In this document: positions 57,212 through 64,000 of the stretch, one piece after another | Numbering within the stretch: the stretch's first letter is position 1 | How the letters are laid out: the number at the start of each line of letters is the position of its first letter | The notes under the pieces: generated by a model | What the model was told of the DNA's origin: nothing | Databases searched by the model: none | What the model saw: only the letters and a program-made list of their open reading frames with translations | Assembly (NCBI RefSeq): GCF_009914755.1 | Contig: NC_060929.1 | Reading direction: 5' to 3' (one strand) | Length of the DNA: 64,000 nucleotides | Source: the human T2T-CHM13v2.0 reference genome, Homo sapiens | Position numbers and translations under genes: made by a program

Positions 57212-57504
57212 ACAAAAAGCAGTATGTAAACTGCTGGGGATAGGCATGGTCTTTGACTTGATGGCGCTAACATATAAAGGGGGATAATAACAGTATTTGT
57301 CACATAAATTTATGCAAGTTAACTGCTTTTAATCAAATAAAGTGCCAAGCAAAGTGTCAGATGCATAGAAAGAGCTCAGTAAGTGGTAAGCATTTTAGCA
57401 GTAGTAGTACACGTAAGTGTCCTGTTTAATGGTACATAAGAGTCTTGGAGCCACCATTTGTTTGCTCCAGTGCCTAGCATACTGCCTGGCATATGTAAAG
57501 CTCT

Positions 57505-58467
57505 TGTCTTAGGTAGGGTTCTCTAGAAACAAATTCTGAGAAAAGAATGTGTGTGCAAATAATGAATTAAGAGTTTTCCCAGGAGAAACTTGTAAATAAT
57601 CAGGGAAAGCAGAATGAGAAAGCAGAAGAAATCAAGCAAGGGTGAGATTCAGACAAACTCCAGGGGAGGCAGTGTGACCCTTCAGGGGTTTCTGGAGGGT
57701 AAATTACCTCTCAGAGCAGTCTGACAGGAGAGGTAGTTTTCACACCTCTGTACCTGTCAGTCATTGACTATGGGCCACCATTGGGGACTGTGGTGGGCAG
57801 AATAGTGGCCCCCAAAGTTATCCATGCCATTATCCCTGGAATCTGTGAATATATTACCTTACATGGCAAAGGAAACTTTGCAGATGTAATTAAGGGTACA
57901 GACTTCTAGATAGGGAAATTATTCCAGATTATCCAAATGGGCTCAATCTAGTTACATGAGTTCTCAAAAGTGGAGAATCTTTCCTAGCTGGCATCAGATA
58001 GATATAAGTGACACTGCTGACTTTGAAACTGGAGGATGAGAGCCATAAATCAAGAAATGTGGGAAGTCTTTAGAAGCTGGAAAAGGCAAGGAAATGAACT
58101 CTCTCCCCTATAACCTCCAGAAAGGAACATAATCTGGCAATATCCAGTGAGAACCATGTCTGACTTCTGACCTATAGAGACCTGTAAGGTAATAAATTTT
58201 CATTGTTTTAAGCCACTAAGTTTGTGATAATTTGTCAATGTAGCAATAGAAAACTAACATAGGGACAAACTCCTGGTACTTCAGAGTCTCTGCTTTCTGC
58301 TATTGCATGCAAAGCAACTTCAGTAGCTCATGGAAACTTCTCTACAGAACAGTTACAGGTACAGGAGTTGGAGGCAAAAGTGCACTCAAGTAGAAAGAGC
58401 CCAGAAATGGTAAAAAAAATAAAAGGACCCCAGGAGGTCTGGGGAGCCAGCAATAGCATCTGCTGCA
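57505..58467 (-). mobile_element. ERVL LTR (LTR16A-like), split by MLT1D and lying in an L2 3' end
   Basis: tgtcttaggtagggttctctagaaaca...aagcaagggtgagattc; ends agcatctgctgca; L2 tail on both sides. Confidence 0.7.
57789..58261 (+). mobile_element. MLT1D solo LTR
   Basis: tgtggtgggcagaatagtggcccccaaag...agcaatagaaaactaacata; perfect TSD gggac at 57784-57788 and 58262-58266. Confidence 0.9.
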
Positions 58468-59778
58468 GTGCTCAGTAAGAATTTATTAACTGAATGAATG
58501 CATTTATGAATGAATGAATAAATACATTTATGTAAACTACTGGAATTGAAAGATTATGTAAGAAATGGCTTCTAATTAGAGGTAGGCATGTTGGCAACTC
58601 TCATTCAAACAGAGCATTTGGCAATCAAGACTTTCTCCCATGTTCAATTGCCTCTTTCTTATTTTCCAGTTCTCTGGGGGCCAGTGGATTAGAAAAGTAA
58701 GAATGTTCTATAGATATAATAAAATAATCAAATCTTAAAACTGTGTCTATGCTATAGGGATCCTTTTAAAAAATTCAACAATTATTTGGAGAACTTCACT
58801 GTATTCTAAGTGCCTGAGTTGTAAACTACTGTAACTAGCTAGAGAATTCGTCATCCTCTGGAGCATTTGGGTGCTTAGCAGAAAAACAAAAGAAAACTAC
58901 TAGATATGGAAAAAGAGCAGCCTTTAGAAGCAAATGTTTTGAGAAGTCAAGGTTAAAAAAAAATAGGCTAAAAAGTAGTTCTCATTTTTCAATTACTAAC
59001 TTTCCTTCTCACTTTCTCTTCCCCACCTTTTGTACCTGGGCAAGAATTCTAGATGAATTGTTCTTCTTGTGGATAACTTAGAAGAAAATCTACATATGTG
59101 AATAATGGATTTCACATCTGTCTATTTAATACCCAAGGAAAAACAGCTGATTAGAATATAAAAATAATTGAATTGAATTTGCTCATGTCCTGAACTTTGA
59201 AACCTGATTTCTGTAACTTATATGGTTTCAGATCACCTAAACGCAAGATGTGCTTTAAACGTAATAGGAATGGAAATGAGATTATAAGAGCCAATCTGGA
59301 AGATGCTATTAGATGTATCAGATCAATATTTCCTTTGATTCTAGCTCCGCTTCTTTTACACGTTTGAGTTTCTTCTTCATTTTTCCTTCATAAAATGTTT
59401 AGTAATACTTTTCTTGCTGTAGGAAAAGTAAAACTATACTACCATGGGTGTGCCCCTCTTTGATTTAAATGCTACATCAGCAAGAATGTGTTTGGCTGCA
59501 AGTAAGAAAAAATACAGCCAAAACAGCTTTAAGCAATGAAAGATTTATTGACTCTAAGAAGAAGGTCTGAAGTCAGGATGGGTTCAGGGTTGGTTAAGCA
59601 ATGCAATCAAGGACAACTCTACAAGGCCGGATATCTCTCCTTATAGTCCCAAGTTGGCTACAGAGGTTCAGACATTTCATCAGATATATACTACATATGT
59701 TGCAGAAGAATTGTACTTCAGTAGGTCTCCTTTTAATATGGAGTAAAACACTTTCAAGATATTCCTACCATATCCCAG

Positions 59779-60515
59779 CGAGAGATAGGACTAACTAGAT
59801 TTCCTAGGCTAAGAATCCCTAAGCCTAGCTGGGAAGGTGATCGCATCCACCTTTCAACATGGGGCTTGCAACTTAGCTCACATCCGACCAATCAGGTAGT
59901 AAAGAGAGCTCATTAAAATGCTAATTAGGCAAAAACAGGAGGTAAAGAAATAGCCAATTATCTATCGCCTGAGAGCACAGCGGGAGGGACAAAGATCAGG
60001 ATATAAAGGCAGGCATTCGAGCCGGCAACGGCTACCCTCTTTTGGTCCCCTCCCTTTGTATGGGAGCTCTGTTTTCACTCTATTAAATCTTGAAATTGCA
60101 CTCTTCTGGTCCAACTCGGCTAGAGCTGAGCTTTTGCTCACTGCTCTTTGCTGCCGTCACAGACCCCCCTTGACTTTCATCCCTCTGGATTCGGCAGGGT
60201 GTCCGCTGTGCTCCTGATCCAGCAAGGCGCCCATTGCCGCTCCCGATTGGGCTAAAGGCTTGCCATTGTTCCTGCATGGCTAAGTGCCCGGGTTCATCCT
60301 AATCGAGCTGAACACTAGTCACTGGGTTCCACGGTTCTCTTCCGTGACCCATGGCTTCTAATAGAGCCATAACATTCACCACACGGCCCAAGATTCCATT
60401 CCTTGAAATCCGTGAGGCCAAGAGTCCCAGGTCAGAGAACACGAGGCTTGCGACCATCTTGGAAGTGGCCTGCCACCATCTTGGGAGCTCTGGGAGCAAG
60501 GACCCCTCGGTAACA
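59779..60515 (+). mobile_element. HERV-W solo LTR (LTR17)
   Basis: cgagagataggactaactagatttcctaggc...ggagcaaggacccctcggtaaca; 4-bp TSD ccag at 59775-59778 and 60516-60519; no primer-binding site or internal sequence follows. Confidence 0.93.
59888..60087 (+). promoter_or_regulatory. LTR17 U3/R promoter motifs
   Basis: CCAAT at 59888 and 59954, octamer-like ATGCTAAT at 59918, TATA-like gatataaa at 60000, ATTAAA at 60082; activity unknown. Confidence 0.55.
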
Positions 60516-61235
60516 CCAGCATACTTCTTTTTGGATCACATTGGCCAGGATTACATCACCTGCCATGCTCAAGAAGTAAGGCAAGCTTGAGAATTGTTCA
60601 TAGCAGCTATTTTCAGCCTTTACAGAGAGAAGCTGGTTCTGCCAGCCAGATGGAAGGTTAAGGGATGCTGGTGGCTATTGGACACACAGGCCTAGGTGTA
60701 GGTACTCAATTGTGACAGTGAAATGAAATAACATTGGTAAGTGAAGCGCTTAGTACTGTGCCTGTAAGGTAACTGGTCTCAAGATGCCTTCAGAGACATA
60801 ATTCCTTGGGAGGTGGTTTTCTACTGTGTTAGCATGTTTAAGGCCCCACAGTAAAGCCAGTCTAACATCTAGACAAACATGAGAACATTTAACAAGTCTC
60901 TCAAAAGTGACACAAGGTAATTGTTTTCAGATGCGACTGAGAAATATCTGAAACTTCTTTACTGATTTACCTTCATCTCTCTGAAGTCCTCTCATCATCA
61001 CAACTTCTTTCCATTCCACTTTGGTCTCTCCCCAACTCCAGCTTATTCTAAGTCCTTTCTCTTTTCCTCCTTTCAGATGCAGCGCTTTATTATTATGTAG
61101 ATGAATTTAGCCTCTCCAGGCTTCTTTCACCCAGTATCCTGATCAGCACAATAAAGTCTCGGGAATGGGGCAGGCTAAGAAAGAATTCTCTAAAGAGGCC
61201 AGGAATAAAAAAAATGCTATGAATAAGTAAAACAG

Positions 61236-61240
<5 letters not shown>

Positions 61241-61272
<32 letters not shown>

Positions 61273-61288
61273 TGTATATATATATCAC

Positions 61289-61353
<65 letters not shown>
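61241..61353. repeat. Compound (TA)14...(TA)22-T17 microsatellite
   Basis: (TA)14 at 61241-61268, (TA)22 at 61293-61336, T17 at 61337-61353. Confidence 0.95.
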
Positions 61354-62959
61354 AACCTGTCACTGAGCTGTTTAATGTTGCCCGGAGTTCCTGTGCAATA
61401 TACCACTAACACTTTGACAAAAATCTTCAACCTCTTTCATTTTCAACCTTTTCCTCAAAAAGAACCAAGAAGGGAAACAAGTCCACTTGGCTGTACATAA
61501 TAATGATCCATCCTGCTTTGCTGAAAGCATTTCTCTATCAGAATAACAACTTACGACATAGACAAAAATAGTTTGACAAAACTGCAGGGAAGGAAGAGGT
61601 CCCCTGATCTTAAACATACTCTCTATTTTCTATCTTTCATTCATCTAATACTGTCTGCTTGAAAGTATTTTTCCATGGGAGTAATTGGGAAGTTCCCTCC
61701 AATATTGGAATGAAAAAAATAGGTTTTGTTTTGTTTTGAGTATAGGCAAAGGTGATACAATACACAAAAATTTGGTGTGCTAAGCATTTCACATAAATTA
61801 TATCATGTAACCTTATTGAAAGCCTTGGACAGTGGCCTTATTATTACTTTCATTTTATTGTTTTGGTAAGGTAGGGCATTATGTAACTTAATGAAAGCAA
61901 CACAGTTGGTACTAACTACTACATTATTTGGCCTCCTTAATATGTTTTAGGATTTTTAACATCTTTATGGAGGGTAAAATTGGAAAACCTGTAATTAAGT
62001 ATGAATAACCTTACTTTTAACAAACTCATTGTCCAGGACCAAAGCATTCACATATCATTAGATTATCTGATTCACCAGAATCATTTAAAAAAAAAAAAAA
62101 AAACAAAAAACAAAAAACAAAAAGACCCATTTTCTTCTTCTGGATTACAACCCAGAAAAACTTGTCAGTAATCATTTATAGCTGTCTATCTTAGAAATCG
62201 ATACAGATTATCCTATGATCAGTATAACTGCATTGCTTCTAAACCAGTTGAGCCTAGTAGCTGTGGTTGACTCTAAGGGAATTATTCTGCCTCATTCAGA
62301 TATGATCTTAGCACATGTTTGTATTATTAATATTACCAGAATAGTTTTTCACTTCTCGGGTGGAAGAGCATTGAATCAAAAGAGATATAGACGTATTCAG
62401 TGAAGTGTGGGAAGTAAATCTCCTGAGTCCCTGATCTAGCCAGTTACTCTTTTGCAAAAATAGATCAAGATATTTTGTATCTGGCATCACAAAGCATTTT
62501 TGCTTCACTGTCACCCTTCAAGTTCTCACTCTATATCTCTTCTCCCGAATTCTTGCAATCTGTCCTGAATGCTGCTGCTAATTTTGAAAACCCACTTTTC
62601 AGAACTTACCAGCTGTACCATTTAATAGGGTGCAAATTGTCTCATGCTATTTCACTGAGACAGTGTAGTAGAAAGTATCTTGTAGCTCACAGGGTATTTT
62701 GCAATAGAATTTATTACATATATGCAATACACAAGTTATAACTGACCTTATACACCAATCATGCAATGAATACTTGTTGATTATCCAACTCATCACAGAG
62801 ATCATGGTAATTATAGTGGACATGAGATAAAGAAAATATGCCCCACTAGTGAAGACATAACACTCTATTGAAGAGTACGGCCATATAAACTCATAATTGA
62901 TATACAATGTGGTTGGGCAAAACAGGAGAGTCCACCCAAAGGATTTCACATTATTAAAT

Positions 62960-63640
<681 letters not shown>

Positions 63641-64000
63641 GTGTGTATGCCCTGACTCCTCAGCAAAACTCTAAGCTCCTTGTGTTAAACATAATTTTTG
63701 TTGTGCTTATATCTTTCTTTGTTTCTAGCGAAATTCTATGTATATAGTAGGTGCTTGGAAAATTCTTGCCTTAAGAATGGATTAAGAATCCATCTCTACT
63801 TTAAAAATTCACTTGCACAATGCCGTCTCGACATAGTGAACAGGATATCTTTGGTAACGCTCTGTCATTTTTAACAACATGGAAATTACCACTTTGCTAA
63901 TCAACCCATGAACAAAAAAGTGTCTTGATGCTTCCCTTAGCAACCAAGTGCTCAGCAGTTTGCCCATCCAAAATCTTGTATTTTTGGTTCTTCAACATAG

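Larger units (their letters stand above)
59473..60688 (-). mobile_element. Old MaLR LTR (MLT1J-like), split by LTR17
   Basis: atcagcaagaatgtgtttggctgcaagtaagaaaa...cagctttaagcaatgaaagatttatt; resumes cacattggccagga. Confidence 0.6.

Noticed and set aside
59232-59367. Phase-2 open segment (SPKRKMCFKRNR...) that could extend the 67-aa model
   Set aside because: Acceptor pyrimidine tract is weak; adding it would be over-fitting

Overview
Human genomic DNA, AT-rich and repeat-dense, from an intergenic or deep-intronic region. A human-specific AluYb8 at 40681-40992 fixes the species. I recognise no protein-coding gene, tRNA, rRNA or CpG island, and the supplied ORFs are Alu/L1/LTR-derived or chance frames. 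Roughly half of the window is transposon-derived. It holds 15 Alus (J, S, Y, Yb8), a near-full-length ancient L1MB (30.1-36.2 kb), an antisense L1M carrying several nested insertions (39.8-45 kb), many MIR/L2 pieces, MaLR/ERVL LTRs, MER21, hAT and mariner MITEs, and a solo HERV-W LTR17 with its target-site duplication (TSD). The clearest unusual items are an Alu whose middle 127 bp is triplicated, the young AluYb8, and the LTR17 with intact promoter motifs upstream of a possible spliced terminal exon. More speculative items are three phase-compatible plus-strand exons that would give a 67-aa ORF, several isolated minus-strand exon candidates and two motif clusters in repeat-free DNA. Subfamily calls are by eye from remembered consensus sequences, and boundaries of old repeats are approximate. 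Nothing here demonstrates a new biological system; the exon and enhancer ideas are hypotheses to test.
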